Sequence record: PV593634.1
Length of the DNA: 64,000 nucleotides
Strand: one strand, 5' to 3'
Positions 46,314-56,102 of this stretch are shown here, one piece after another. The position numbers were made by a program, and so were the translations under genes. Under the pieces are notes generated by a model. The model ran no database searches. It saw only the letters and a program-made list of their open reading frames with translations, and was not told the origin of the DNA. The first letter of the stretch is position 1; each line of letters opens with the position of its first letter.

Positions 46314-46330
46314 TATATTATTTAGGTGTA
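46314..46330 (+). promoter_or_regulatory. Phage promoter-like motif upstream of chimallin
   Basis: TATATTATTTAGGTGTA. Confidence 0.55.
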
Positions 46331-46414
46331 TAAGGAAACAGATTATTAAATCTCTCTCCCACCATTGTACATTAACGTTAATCTATAACCTAATTTAATA
46401 TAAGGAATACTATT

Positions 46415-48328
46415 ATGTCTCTCGCTAACAACGAAGCTGGTCAGAACAACAACTCTTTCGATTCTAACAACAAAGGTAATAAAGACATGTCTCAAGAAAA
46501 CTCCCTGTTCGCTCTGCTGGGTCAAGCTAACCTGATCTCTTCCACTTCCTCTATCACCGAAGTCCGTGATGTGAGCAAGGCTCTGGAAGATACGATCGAG
46601 CACCTGCAGAAGAACACTGCTTCCCAGGCGCAGAAACTGTCCCTGCCGCAGCTGGTTCAGAACATCACTTCTGACATCAGTCCGCAACTGCCAGGTATCA
46701 CTCTGTCTACCCTGATCGGCGGCACTCGTTACATCATGCCTATCCTGTTCTTCAAACAGGGTATCACTGAGCAGACCGAAGTTATTCAGCTGGCTGGTGA
46801 AAACATGCCTCGTGGTATCGCTAAACACGCTGCAAGCTTCATGACCCCGGAACTGATGGAAAAGGTTAAGCAGGCTGGTTCTTACCACCAGAACACCACC
46901 CTGTCTAAAGTGATCATCATTGCTCCGACCGTTATCGATCTGGAAGATTACCTGAAGAACGCTTCTCGCATTGAAGATGTACCGAACTCAGTTCGTGACT
47001 ACATTCTGAAAGAATGGTCTAACGCTCTGTACAACTACGTCATCATCGAAGTAACTCGTCAGGGTGCTAAGTTCCCGTCTCCGTTCAAAGACGGTCAGGT
47101 ATTCGGTAAGGACAACGCGGCTGTTGCTCGTATCGAAGCTGTAAACAAAGCAACCGTAGATGGTAAATCTGCTCCGTACAACCTGGCAGTTAAACTGGCT
47201 ACCACCAACAAGAACAACACTCAGAACGTAAACAGCAATAACACCAAGTCTATTGCTACTACTCACCTGACTGTTTCTCTGGAAACGATGAACCCGCAGC
47301 AGTTTGCTCAGGCTCGTCAAGCTCATCCAGGTGCGATTGTTGGACCTCTGGTTCCGGTTGTATCTACTGGTCCTACTATTCCGGGCGAAACCCTGAACGG
47401 TAACAACAGCATGATCCCTGCGCTTCTGGGTCTGTACGCATCTATCGGTGCAAACAACATTCAGTACCTGTCTGAATCTTTCCGTGGTAAAGAAGTAGGT
47501 AACCGTGGTAACCTGTCCAACTTCAACAACTACATGACTCAGATGCTGGGCGCTGCTTATTCTCAGTCTGTACTGACTGATAAGAACATCACCAACGCGG
47601 CAGTTGTGAACAACTGGTTGAACACCTATGTGGCTCCTCGCGCAGTATACGTTCTGGATCTGGCATGCTTCACTGAAGACGTTTCTAACAGCGACTTCTG
47701 GTGGAACATTGTATCTCAGCCTTCTGGTTCTATCTACCACAAAGCTCTGATCAACATGCTGGACGTTCTGACCAACAACGGCTTCAGCGCTGTTCTGGCA
47801 GAGAACGCAGCTAAACCTCAGCGTAATCAGAAAACTGATTGGGTTCTGGGTGATGCTATCCTGGCTCCGACTCCGGTACTGCTGCCTTCTGGTATTGCAC
47901 GTGCTAAAGACGGTAAGTGGTTCAGCCTGGGTGAAGTTGATGCGATGTTCCTGCGTCAGGATCACTACTACGGTAACAACGAAGTTGCAGTAAACGAATA
48001 CCAGGGCCTGGTAGGTGGACAGACTCAGGGCGATATGAAGATGCGTCAGTACAACATCTACACTCGTCTGAACCAACTGTTCGATACCAACGTAAACATC
48101 ACTGGCTGGAAACGTCGTTTCATCTGGTCTGATGCGTTCTTCAACACCCTGGCTCGTGCAATGGCATCTGCTGGTACTCTGACCATGTCCTCTGCGTCTA
48201 TGGCTTCTATGTGGACCATGCAGCACAGCAATGACTACCTGAACTACACCATGTCCGCAGTTATTCAGCAAGGTCTGAACAACGCTGGTATGGGCGGCTT
48301 CACTGGTGCATACTCTCACCAGTACTAA
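46415..48328 (+). CDS. chmA: Chimallin, major phage nucleus shell protein (phiKZ gp54-like)
   Basis: 637 aa, extreme high-expression codon bias, immediately upstream of the nvRNAP beta-prime N-terminal gene. Confidence 0.85.
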   Translation: MSLANNEAGQNNNSFDSNNKGNKDMSQENSLFALLGQANLISSTSSITEVRDVSKALEDTIEHLQKNTASQAQKLSLPQLVQNITSDISPQLPGITLSTLIGGTRYIMPILFFKQGITEQTEVIQLAGENMPRGIAKHAASFMTPELMEKVKQAGSYHQNTTLSKVIIIAPTVIDLEDYLKNASRIEDVPNSVRDYILKEWSNALYNYVIIEVTRQGAKFPSPFKDGQVFGKDNAAVARIEAVNKATVDGKSAPYNLAVKLATTNKNNTQNVNSNNTKSIATTHLTVSLETMNPQQFAQARQAHPGAIVGPLVPVVSTGPTIPGETLNGNNSMIPALLGLYASIGANNIQYLSESFRGKEVGNRGNLSNFNNYMTQMLGAAYSQSVLTDKNITNAAVVNNWLNTYVAPRAVYVLDLACFTEDVSNSDFWWNIVSQPSGSIYHKALINMLDVLTNNGFSAVLAENAAKPQRNQKTDWVLGDAILAPTPVLLPSGIARAKDGKWFSLGEVDAMFLRQDHYYGNNEVAVNEYQGLVGGQTQGDMKMRQYNIYTRLNQLFDTNVNITGWKRRFIWSDAFFNTLARAMASAGTLTMSSASMASMWTMQHSNDYLNYTMSAVIQQGLNNAGMGGFTGAYSHQY

Positions 48329-48364
48329 GTCCAGATCGTAGTAAAGATAGTTATTTGAAATAAA

Positions 48365-48394
48365 CAGAAGGGTGGGTGAAAGCCCGCCCTTCTG
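48365..48394 (+). terminator. Terminator hairpin
   Basis: CAGAAGGGTGGG/CCCGCCCTTCTG. Confidence 0.7.
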
Positions 48395-48421
48395 TATCTT
48401 CACTTAAGGAGTTTATTTTTT

Positions 48422-50011
48422 ATGTCAAGTATGGCAGAGATACTTAACAGATTCGCCGATGAAAACATGATACCAAGTAAGCTGTTTGATGCAATGATTG
48501 CAGCTGGCGGGGTAACTCCACAAAGAGACGATCCAACTTTCTATACACCGATATATCCAGATTTCGTAGACTTCAATAAGAAGCACGATCAATCGGTAAG
48601 TACACCAATCTATCTGAACGACTTCGACTTTAATATAGAAGAAGACCGTCAGGCGGTTGTTGATCTACTTCGTACCGAATACGAAGGAAACAGTTTTGAT
48701 ACAGTAGCATCTTGCGGCTGTAAGAAATATCGCAGTAACATCTATGTGGGTTCTGGGTTCGTATGTGAAGACTGTGGGCATGAAGTAACCAAACCACTGA
48801 CCAGTAACATCGAAACTAAGGTGTGGCTGAAACTCCCGGCAAGAGTATCTGGCTTCATTAGTCCTGCAATGTACGCTGTGTTCTTAAGTAAGCTGAATAC
48901 CAAATCTCCGAAAGTAAACCTGGTGGACTATTGGGTTAACCCTGAGATTCGTAATGAGAAACGATTCAAGGATCCAACAAACAACGCATTTAAGATTGCC
49001 TGTAAGTTGGAAGCATTCCGTGAAACGTTGAATATCGAATTCGGTTATAACAGCTTTGTTGAAAACATCGATTTGATTATCCGTTCTGCAATTGAGAACG
49101 ATGTGGGTAAAGTACTGGATCTGACTGAATCCGATCGTAGTTACTTTGCCGAATTCTGGGAGCGTTATCGTAACCGTGTCGTATTCAACTATCTGCCATT
49201 GCCTAACAAAATCACTACGGTCGTTGAATCTGACCAACGTGACCGTTATGTAAACAAAGAGCAAACCGATCTAGATAAGATCTACTTTACTCTGGCGGAT
49301 ACGTATCCTGAGTTCGATGTGCGGGTTACTGAAAACGAAGATCTGATGGGTAAGAACCTGAAAGGTCTGGTGGATGCATTAGCCGAAGTTCAGAAGAACA
49401 TTCTGTTCGGTAAGAAAGGGATGATCCGATATCACGCAGGTGCTGGTAAACTTCCATTTACTGGTCGTTCCATCATTACCGGCGAGTCTGGGGTATGTCG
49501 TTCTGATACCATTATCCTTCCGTGGTTGTATGGTTTGACCTGTCTCGATAAACACCTAACTTCCTGGCTATATCGTAAAGGTTATACTCCTAAGAAAATC
49601 AAAGAAATCATTCGTACCGCAGCTCATACTAAGTTGCCGATTATCGAAGAGTTCTATACCTGGATCGAAACCAACCGTTACGCAATGGTAACAGCTGGCC
49701 GAAACCCATCAATCCAATATCTGTCTGCTCGTGGATTCTTCTGTAAGTTCAACCGTGATATTGATGATAAATCCATCCGTATCCCAATTACTACAGTAAA
49801 AGAATTTGGTGCCGACTTCGATGGAGACCAAATGTATGTTATCTTCATCCCGGACATGCTTTCTAAAGTAGAAGCATATTCTAGCTGGGGACACCATCAA
49901 ATGTTAGACCCGAACAAACCGTTCCGTGTCTCTCGTTTTGGTACCCACACTAAAACTAACCTGTTGAACGTAAACTCTCTGTTTATAGATGTCCCTATTG
50001 AGGAGGACTAA
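48422..50011 (+). CDS. Non-virion RNA polymerase beta-prime subunit, N-terminal part (phiKZ gp55-like)
   Basis: Zn finger CGC...CEDC, GRNPSI, catalytic ADFDGDQ. Confidence 0.9.
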   Translation: MSSMAEILNRFADENMIPSKLFDAMIAAGGVTPQRDDPTFYTPIYPDFVDFNKKHDQSVSTPIYLNDFDFNIEEDRQAVVDLLRTEYEGNSFDTVASCGCKKYRSNIYVGSGFVCEDCGHEVTKPLTSNIETKVWLKLPARVSGFISPAMYAVFLSKLNTKSPKVNLVDYWVNPEIRNEKRFKDPTNNAFKIACKLEAFRETLNIEFGYNSFVENIDLIIRSAIENDVGKVLDLTESDRSYFAEFWERYRNRVVFNYLPLPNKITTVVESDQRDRYVNKEQTDLDKIYFTLADTYPEFDVRVTENEDLMGKNLKGLVDALAEVQKNILFGKKGMIRYHAGAGKLPFTGRSIITGESGVCRSDTIILPWLYGLTCLDKHLTSWLYRKGYTPKKIKEIIRTAAHTKLPIIEEFYTWIETNRYAMVTAGRNPSIQYLSARGFFCKFNRDIDDKSIRIPITTVKEFGADFDGDQMYVIFIPDMLSKVEAYSSWGHHQMLDPNKPFRVSRFGTHTKTNLLNVNSLFIDVPIEED

Positions 50012-50694
50012 TGCTTAATGCAACGAGCGCATTTACCCGAGCGGTGAGTGGGTCGATGACCGATGCAAGTGCAGGATCCTACAATCGTTTCATGAACAAC
50101 TTCTATGAGAAATATGAGAACCTATCCGGCTGGCTAGGTGATACATTAACATCCGTTAAGGATGCTCATAAGAACTTTATGGATTCTCGAATGTGGGAGT
50201 TCTCTAACCGCGTTAATGGTAAAGATGGTCAGTATGTGGGTCGCTTTGAAATCGGTTATCTGAGTGAGGTTAAATACCAACAGCAGGCAACTGGTTTTAT
50301 GCGAGATTACATTATGGCTAACCCGTTATTGATGGAGTTGTATAATCAAGAACGAGTAAGTGGTTATGATGGTGATTTCAGTGCACTGTGTTCGGGCATG
50401 GGTACTGAGAACTATTATTATAACAAAGCGAACGATGGCATGTTGAACTTCGATAAAGAAGCGAATACATTAACCCGTACTAACTTTACCAGTTCCCGAG
50501 ACAGCATGACTCATTTGACATTCAAAGAGCGTGTTGATATCCATCGTACTTGGCAAGCGACCAACTTGCACATTGCGGCTAATCTGTTCGATCCTACTAA
50601 CATCATGGGTGGAGATATTCTATCCATCGAAGAAGTAGAGAAACGAAATGCAGAAATAGCAGCGAAAGCAGAAGCGGAAGCAAATCAAGAATAA
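50011..50694 (+). CDS. Conserved hypothetical protein
   Basis: 227 aa, coupled to the RNAP gene. Confidence 0.7.
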   Translation: MLNATSAFTRAVSGSMTDASAGSYNRFMNNFYEKYENLSGWLGDTLTSVKDAHKNFMDSRMWEFSNRVNGKDGQYVGRFEIGYLSEVKYQQQATGFMRDYIMANPLLMELYNQERVSGYDGDFSALCSGMGTENYYYNKANDGMLNFDKEANTLTRTNFTSSRDSMTHLTFKERVDIHRTWQATNLHIAANLFDPTNIMGGDILSIEEVEKRNAEIAAKAEAEANQE

Positions 50695-50767
50695 CTGAAC
50701 AGGCAATGGGGTGGAAACACCCCGTTGTCTATATCTCTGTAACTCTTATTATTTTTTGTTTAAAACT

Positions 50768-51226
50768 ATGATTAAGCCTACTGTTGTAATAGATATAGAA
50801 AGAATGGACAAAGCTTTGAAGTCTGAAACAGTTCACATACCTCATGGTTTATCCAGGGATCAAATCCGTAACCTTTTATCATCACACGCTCTAGGAGAAG
50901 ACATGCAAGTTTTTAAAGATGACCACCTTACTGTTAAACGTCCAGCCGATAACATTAACTACTATAAAGTTCATAATGCCCGCGGTGAACGTATTGGTAA
51001 GATTCTATTCCAAGAAGGAATGATCAGCCCTGAAGGTCTCAATGGTTTGACTAACGAATCTGTGATTGCGATTGTACTAGATCGTTTACAAGCACAGAAC
51101 CAAGGTAAGTTCAAATCCATCCATAACGATAAAGCTATCGAATGTCTGCAAGCTTCATTATCAGCTCTGCAAGCTCGTGTAGCCGATCGTGAGAAACGTG
51201 GTGTGTCTAACACACATGAGGCTTAA
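50768..51226 (+). CDS. Probable cyclic-nucleotide sponge (Acb4-like) with N-terminal extension
   Basis: FQEG...[16 protein letters not shown]...F...NDKAI..L...[10 protein letters not shown] pattern; family name from memory, unverified. Confidence 0.5.
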   Translation: MIKPTVVIDIERMDKALKSETVHIPHGLSRDQIRNLLSSHALGEDMQVFKDDHLTVKRPADNINYYKVHNARGERIGKILFQEGMISPEGLNGLTNESVIAIVLDRLQAQNQGKFKSIHNDKAIECLQASLSALQARVADREKRGVSNTHEA

Positions 51227-51229
51227 TAA

Positions 51230-51700
51230 ATGTCAGGAATGGGCTATGCAGAAGTAATGTTGGATATTAATTCGGGTTTACGGATTAGTAAGTTCATCAA
51301 CAAGCTCGAGGAGCAGTTAGGTGAAACTATTGATGCGATCCCGATTAACAAACTCCACGCAACTCTGATGTACGATTCTAGTAATCCAAAAATCTACCCA
51401 ACTATATCCAATGCTGCTTATAAGGCGGAAGTTATTGGTATTGATCTGCTGGGTGAGCTTGGATCTAAGTGGGGAGCTGCAGTCCTGTTGCTTAAGTGTC
51501 CTGAACTTATCAAACGGTTCAAACAGCTTAAGGATATGGGATTCAACCACTCGTACGACGATCTGTTGTTACACGTCTCTTTAAGTTATGGGGAAGCAAC
51601 TTCCAAGTTGTGGCCTCTACTTCAAGAAGCTGAGAGAAAAGGTGAACTACCAAGTTCCGTGGTATTGTGCAAAGAAACCTGGTCAGTGTGTGACGACTAA
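51230..51700 (+). CDS. acb1: Acb1-like 2H phosphoesterase (T4 gp57B family)
   Basis: LHATLMY and HSYDDLLLHVSLSY give the two HxT/S motifs; 156 aa. Confidence 0.75.
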   Translation: MSGMGYAEVMLDINSGLRISKFINKLEEQLGETIDAIPINKLHATLMYDSSNPKIYPTISNAAYKAEVIGIDLLGELGSKWGAAVLLLKCPELIKRFKQLKDMGFNHSYDDLLLHVSLSYGEATSKLWPLLQEAERKGELPSSVVLCKETWSVCDD

Positions 51701-51778
51701 TGTGTGGGGTTAAATCAGGGTGCGGATTCTATCCGCTTTTGTTAACTAGCCTATGTTGCTTAGACATAGAGGTCCCTT

Positions 51779-51934
51779 ATGTTTAATAACCCTAACGATA
51801 TAGTTGTGGCGATCTCCGCTTTCTTTACAGGTTTGGTTGCTCTGGTGTTTTTACCAGCGTGCCTTAACGGTATTACAAATGCTGTTAAAGATCTGTTGAA
51901 AGCTGACAACGTGACTATACGTAACAAACACTAA
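51779..51934 (+). CDS. Small membrane protein (51 aa)
   Basis: Below the ORF-track cutoff; GAGG RBS; IVVAISAFFTGLVALVFLPACL helix. Confidence 0.55.
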   Translation: MFNNPNDIVVAISAFFTGLVALVFLPACLNGITNAVKDLLKADNVTIRNKH

Positions 51935-51940
51935 GCTAAA

Positions 51941-51968
51941 CAGGATCTCCCTTAATTGGGAGATCCTG
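51941..51968 (+). terminator. Terminator hairpin
   Basis: CAGGATCTCCC/GGGAGATCCTG. Confidence 0.75.
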
Positions 51969-52020
51969 AACTATGCTATTCCTTTTATCTTTTGACCAAA
52001 CTTACTACTAGGAGTCCGAA

Positions 52021-52431
52021 ATGGCCAAAGGTGTTGTAGGTACGATGGATACGGTTGGATTCATTACAGAGCCAACGGTGAAGATCGACCGACTAATTGC
52101 ATATTGGTTTGCTAACCGAATAGACCAATGCATGATTATCCGTAAAGTTCACAGCTACCAATATGTGGTTGCTAAACATCAGGGTGATCAAAAATCTGAA
52201 GAACGTCTTATTCAGGATATAGAAAATAACCTGCGAGAGTATCTACTGGAGTGTTTCGACTCAGCATCTGTAACTGCCTGGGCTAAACGCGAAAACGAAG
52301 GTGACAAGATGTTTACGCTTGTTATCTCTGGTGTGGTATTCCAAGACGGAATCCAATACGAAATAAACAAATCTGTGCTCATTAACGGTAGTACATACAA
52401 ATTGATCGAAATCGGTCGAGGTGGAAAATAA
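52021..52431 (+). CDS. Conserved hypothetical protein
   Basis: 136 aa. Confidence 0.7.
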   Translation: MAKGVVGTMDTVGFITEPTVKIDRLIAYWFANRIDQCMIIRKVHSYQYVVAKHQGDQKSEERLIQDIENNLREYLLECFDSASVTAWAKRENEGDKMFTLVISGVVFQDGIQYEINKSVLINGSTYKLIEIGRGGK

Positions 52432-53213
52432 TGGCTAGTAAAGAAACATTCGAAGGTATTGACAAGACTAAACACGGTAAACTGATTAACTTTATGTCCA
52501 ACAGTTATCGTTATGCTGAAGTGGGCGGGAAACAAGTTATTCAAACCGCTGATGGTGAGTTTGTTGAATACACCCTAATGGAAGAAGAGTTCTTCGTAGA
52601 CAACTGGCTGATGCAATTTGCTATCGGTAACGTTGCGGATAAAAACTACTTCAACCACGAAGCCTGGTCTAAACTGTCCGATGGTTTCACCAAAGGTGTT
52701 ATCGTCATTAATGCCGAACAACAGCCTGTGTGTTTGATCCGTAAGTTTATCGATATGGACCTAAACGAAACCCAAGAACAGTATATGTCTTTGGAATCTC
52801 GTAAAGCTTCCGTTGCAAAATACGTTCCTAATGAAATGGAAGCGGATCAGATCGTTCAAGGTTATGCTGATGCTGTAGAACTGATTACCGGTCAGAATCC
52901 TGACTACGATACACTTACCGCAATGATCCCATGGTCTTACTACCTGAGCCACGGCATCAACCCGACTGCTGCCAAGAACGTCATGTATATCAAAGATGTC
53001 TTTAACTGCCCAGAAGAAGATATCGACGAAGTTCAACGTCTGATGTATAAAAATGAATCCGCTGAAGTACTGACTGCTAAAGAAAAAGCATTCATTAGCA
53101 GACTTACTCAGGATACATTTATTTTCAACGACGGCTCTAATAAGGTAGAAGATAATAATTCTGCAAATCAAGTAGTTGCAGAACCTGAAGAATTCGACCC
53201 GTTTGCCGATTAA
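52431..53213 (+). CDS. Conserved hypothetical protein
   Basis: 260 aa, acidic tip EEFDPFAD. Confidence 0.7.
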   Translation: MASKETFEGIDKTKHGKLINFMSNSYRYAEVGGKQVIQTADGEFVEYTLMEEEFFVDNWLMQFAIGNVADKNYFNHEAWSKLSDGFTKGVIVINAEQQPVCLIRKFIDMDLNETQEQYMSLESRKASVAKYVPNEMEADQIVQGYADAVELITGQNPDYDTLTAMIPWSYYLSHGINPTAAKNVMYIKDVFNCPEEDIDEVQRLMYKNESAEVLTAKEKAFISRLTQDTFIFNDGSNKVEDNNSANQVVAEPEEFDPFAD

Positions 53214-53239
53214 TAGGCTAGTGGGTGTTTAGGAGAGTT

Positions 53240-54379
53240 ATGAAAAAGAAATTCTTCGGTGTTCAAACCACCGACCAACACTGTCTGCACCCACATACGC
53301 CGACACGTCATATCCTGGCTAACCTGGATAACTTCTATTATAAACACCTCAACTTGGACGAGGTGGATTTCAACGTACTGACCGGTGATTTCTTTCACGA
53401 CTTAGCATCTGCTAACGACCCGAATATGTTGCTGTGTCAACGTTGGATCAAAAAGCATTTACAGATATGTCATGACAAGAAAGTTCATGTTCGTATTCTG
53501 GAAGGTACGTCCTCACATGACTGGGGACAACCTGAACTGTTTGATATCCTGAAACCTAAGGATACACCGTACATTAAGTACATCAATACTTTATCCATTG
53601 AGTATATTCCAGAACTCGATATCAACGTTATGTATGTGCCGGATAACTTTGGTCATACCTCTACTGAGATTATTTACGAGCAAGCTTTGAAGTTGTTGGC
53701 TTCCCATAACTTAAAGCAAGTTGACTTTATTCTGTTGCATGGTGGTTTCGATTATCAGTTACCTCCAATTGCTAACAAGAACGGATCTTTGTACGATTCG
53801 ATCAAATGGTCGGCTTTGGCTAAGCACGCTATATTCAGTGGACACATTCACAAACCAAGTCAGAAACTAAACATTCACTGTGCTGGTAGTTTCGATCGTA
53901 CAGCGTTTGGTGAGATGCATCCAAAAGGTGCATATCAATTCTGGTGGGGTAAGGACGAGTTCAAGGCTGAGTTCTGGGAGAACAAGAATGCCCTGATTTA
54001 TGACAAGATCCTTATTAACCGTGAGATGACTAGCAAGCAAATTCAAAAGGAACTGAATACTTATTTAGCTAAGAACCCACCTAAGAACACTCACATCCGT
54101 TTAGTTGGTGGTTTGGCTGCTACTACCGCAAGCATAATCAATGACTACAAGGAACAGTACCCAATGTACTTCTTCGACGTAGATAACGTTAAAGAAGATA
54201 ACATTGAGATTGACGATACCTTATATACACCTGAAATGTATAAAGGTGTTGCGTTAACGGAAACTAACCTCGTGGATAGTTTGTTTAACTTTATGCAACC
54301 CACTCTTTTACAACTGGACGATACTATCGATCAGGATATGTTAAGGGAGTTACTCTTAGAGGTAATGGTAGATGGTTGA
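53240..54379 (+). CDS. SbcD/Mre11-like metallophosphoesterase nuclease
   Basis: TDQHC, LTGDFF, EGTSSHD, LHG, SGHIH motifs. Confidence 0.9.
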   Translation: MKKKFFGVQTTDQHCLHPHTPTRHILANLDNFYYKHLNLDEVDFNVLTGDFFHDLASANDPNMLLCQRWIKKHLQICHDKKVHVRILEGTSSHDWGQPELFDILKPKDTPYIKYINTLSIEYIPELDINVMYVPDNFGHTSTEIIYEQALKLLASHNLKQVDFILLHGGFDYQLPPIANKNGSLYDSIKWSALAKHAIFSGHIHKPSQKLNIHCAGSFDRTAFGEMHPKGAYQFWWGKDEFKAEFWENKNALIYDKILINREMTSKQIQKELNTYLAKNPPKNTHIRLVGGLAATTASIINDYKEQYPMYFFDVDNVKEDNIEIDDTLYTPEMYKGVALTETNLVDSLFNFMQPTLLQLDDTIDQDMLRELLLEVMVDG

Positions 54380-55166
54380 AAGAACTAAAGGGACTCTTCC
54401 TATAAGCGTCGGTACGGCGCTTGCTATTGAGATCCTACCGAGTACACCGATGCACCGTTATGGCGCTCTCCTGCTTAACCTCAGGACGATTATTCGTAAT
54501 GCTCGGCAAGCTTATGACGACTATACTCCAACTGTTAAGGAATTAACACAAGCTGTCAAGGAAGACATCATTGGTATAGCGGAAGCAATTGTGGCAATGA
54601 AGATAAAGACGGTTTTAGAATTAAAGTTTTACTACCCTAGCTATCTATCGTTACCAAGAATTTTTCCCTTAGCAAAACTCAAAGATGTTGAGAAAGATGG
54701 AAATGCCAACCAAAAGGCTATTTACGCACTGGACAAATCAGTAGCTGACAATATCCTTAAAGAGTTCGGTACAGCGATTAACAAAACGGATTCAATCATT
54801 CCTAGCTTTACTCAGGACGCTCTGATCATAACACACCACCCGGTTGATCTAGCAACGACTGATTCTTATGCTCGCTTACATCTTCTTGAATCTCATACGG
54901 CTGCAATAAAGAACTACACACTGTTCTATACTAAGCTAACAGGTTCAGATAAATTCAACAACATCCCATTTAACAAAATGACGATTCAGATCTTCGGTGA
55001 CAAGTCAACGAACTTCTATTCACAATCGTTAGGTGTTAAGAATGAAGTTAAACAGCTTGCTGATATAGCTCGTTGGTCGACTGCTTCTACACCGTCATTA
55101 GTCGCACGATCTATCCGGTCTCTGAACGATTCTCCAGAGAAACAAATTCTTCTTAAAATGCTTTAA
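54372..55166 (+). CDS. Conserved protein (phiKZ gp66-like position)
   Basis: 264 aa; synteny only. Confidence 0.6.
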   Translation: MVERTKGTLPISVGTALAIEILPSTPMHRYGALLLNLRTIIRNARQAYDDYTPTVKELTQAVKEDIIGIAEAIVAMKIKTVLELKFYYPSYLSLPRIFPLAKLKDVEKDGNANQKAIYALDKSVADNILKEFGTAINKTDSIIPSFTQDALIITHHPVDLATTDSYARLHLLESHTAAIKNYTLFYTKLTGSDKFNNIPFNKMTIQIFGDKSTNFYSQSLGVKNEVKQLADIARWSTASTPSLVARSIRSLNDSPEKQILLKML

Positions 55167-55189
55167 TAACAAACATAAGGAATTACATC

Positions 55190-55936
55190 ATGTCTCAGCA
55201 ACAATTCGCTCGTCGCCCTCAGACCATGTTCAACGATTACCGTTACCCGATGCCTAAATCAGACGCTCCGGTAGAAGGCGCTAAGTACCCAGCTCGTTGG
55301 ACTTGGGAACTGTCTGCAACTGGTTCTTCTGTATTCTTCAAAGTAAACGACGGTGTGTTCGGTAAAGACGATCGTAACGCTAAGTCTAAAGAAGTTGAAC
55401 TGTCTGCTTTCGACCGTGGTGCTCTGTTTAACCTGATGGAAGAAGCTTGCAACAACCCTAACTTCACCAAGTCTCAGTACGTTGTTCGTAAAGTCACTTT
55501 CGGTAACCAGGGTCGTCTGAACGATCATCCATCCGTACTGGCAACCTTCACCATCATGCGTGATAAAGAAGGTATTATCCGTGTGGGTTACACCAAAGGT
55601 ACTTACAAGGTAATGTTCCCATTCATCTCCCCGTTCGATTCTATCATCCTGATCTCTACCGATGGTGGTGAACCTCGTGAAGATCGTGGCCTGATGTCTC
55701 GCATGTTTACCAAAGCGTTTATCAAGTTCTCTCGTAAGTTCCTGGACGAAGCTGAATTCTCCAACTACAAACCGAAAGAGAAGAAAGACGGTGGTAACGG
55801 TGGTGGTCAGCGTCAGGGTGGCGGCAACTCCTGGGGCGGTAACGGTGGTAATAGCTGGGGTGGCGGAAACAACGGCGGTGGACAACGTCAACAACAGTCT
55901 GCACCAGTAACCGACTTCGAAGATATTGATTTCTAA
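55190..55936 (+). CDS. chmC: ChmC-like nucleus-associated nucleic-acid-binding protein (phiKZ gp67-like)
   Basis: Two genes upstream of PicA; folded domain plus Gly/Asn/Trp-rich tail and acidic end DFEDIDF. Confidence 0.65.
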   Translation: MSQQQFARRPQTMFNDYRYPMPKSDAPVEGAKYPARWTWELSATGSSVFFKVNDGVFGKDDRNAKSKEVELSAFDRGALFNLMEEACNNPNFTKSQYVVRKVTFGNQGRLNDHPSVLATFTIMRDKEGIIRVGYTKGTYKVMFPFISPFDSIILISTDGGEPREDRGLMSRMFTKAFIKFSRKFLDEAEFSNYKPKEKKDGGNGGGQRQGGGNSWGGNGGNSWGGGNNGGGQRQQQSAPVTDFEDIDF

Positions 55937-55944
55937 TTAACACA

Positions 55945-55970
55945 GGGAGTATGCCAGAAGGCATACTCCC
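55945..55970 (+). terminator. Terminator hairpin
   Basis: GGGAGTATGCC/GGCATACTCCC. Confidence 0.75.
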
Positions 55971-56053
55971 CATTATGTTTGTTTGTTGGAATTATTTAAG
56001 AACTAGCATATCTATTAGCTGTGAATTTAAGTTGGACTAAATAATTATAAACC

Positions 56054-56070
56054 GATATTATTAGAGTGTA
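56054..56070 (+). promoter_or_regulatory. Phage promoter-like motif
   Basis: GATATTATTAGAGTGTA. Confidence 0.6.
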
Positions 56071-56102
56071 TGAACATAAACAATTTAAACAAGAGGTGAA
56101 GT

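Noticed and set aside
46141-46414. Replication origin in the AT-rich gap before chimallin
   Set aside because: No iterons; divergent promoters and a leader explain it adequately.
46988-48403. 471-aa minus-strand ORF opposite chimallin (likewise 55259-55894 and 33287-33982)
   Set aside because: Antisense shadow produced by strong codon bias.
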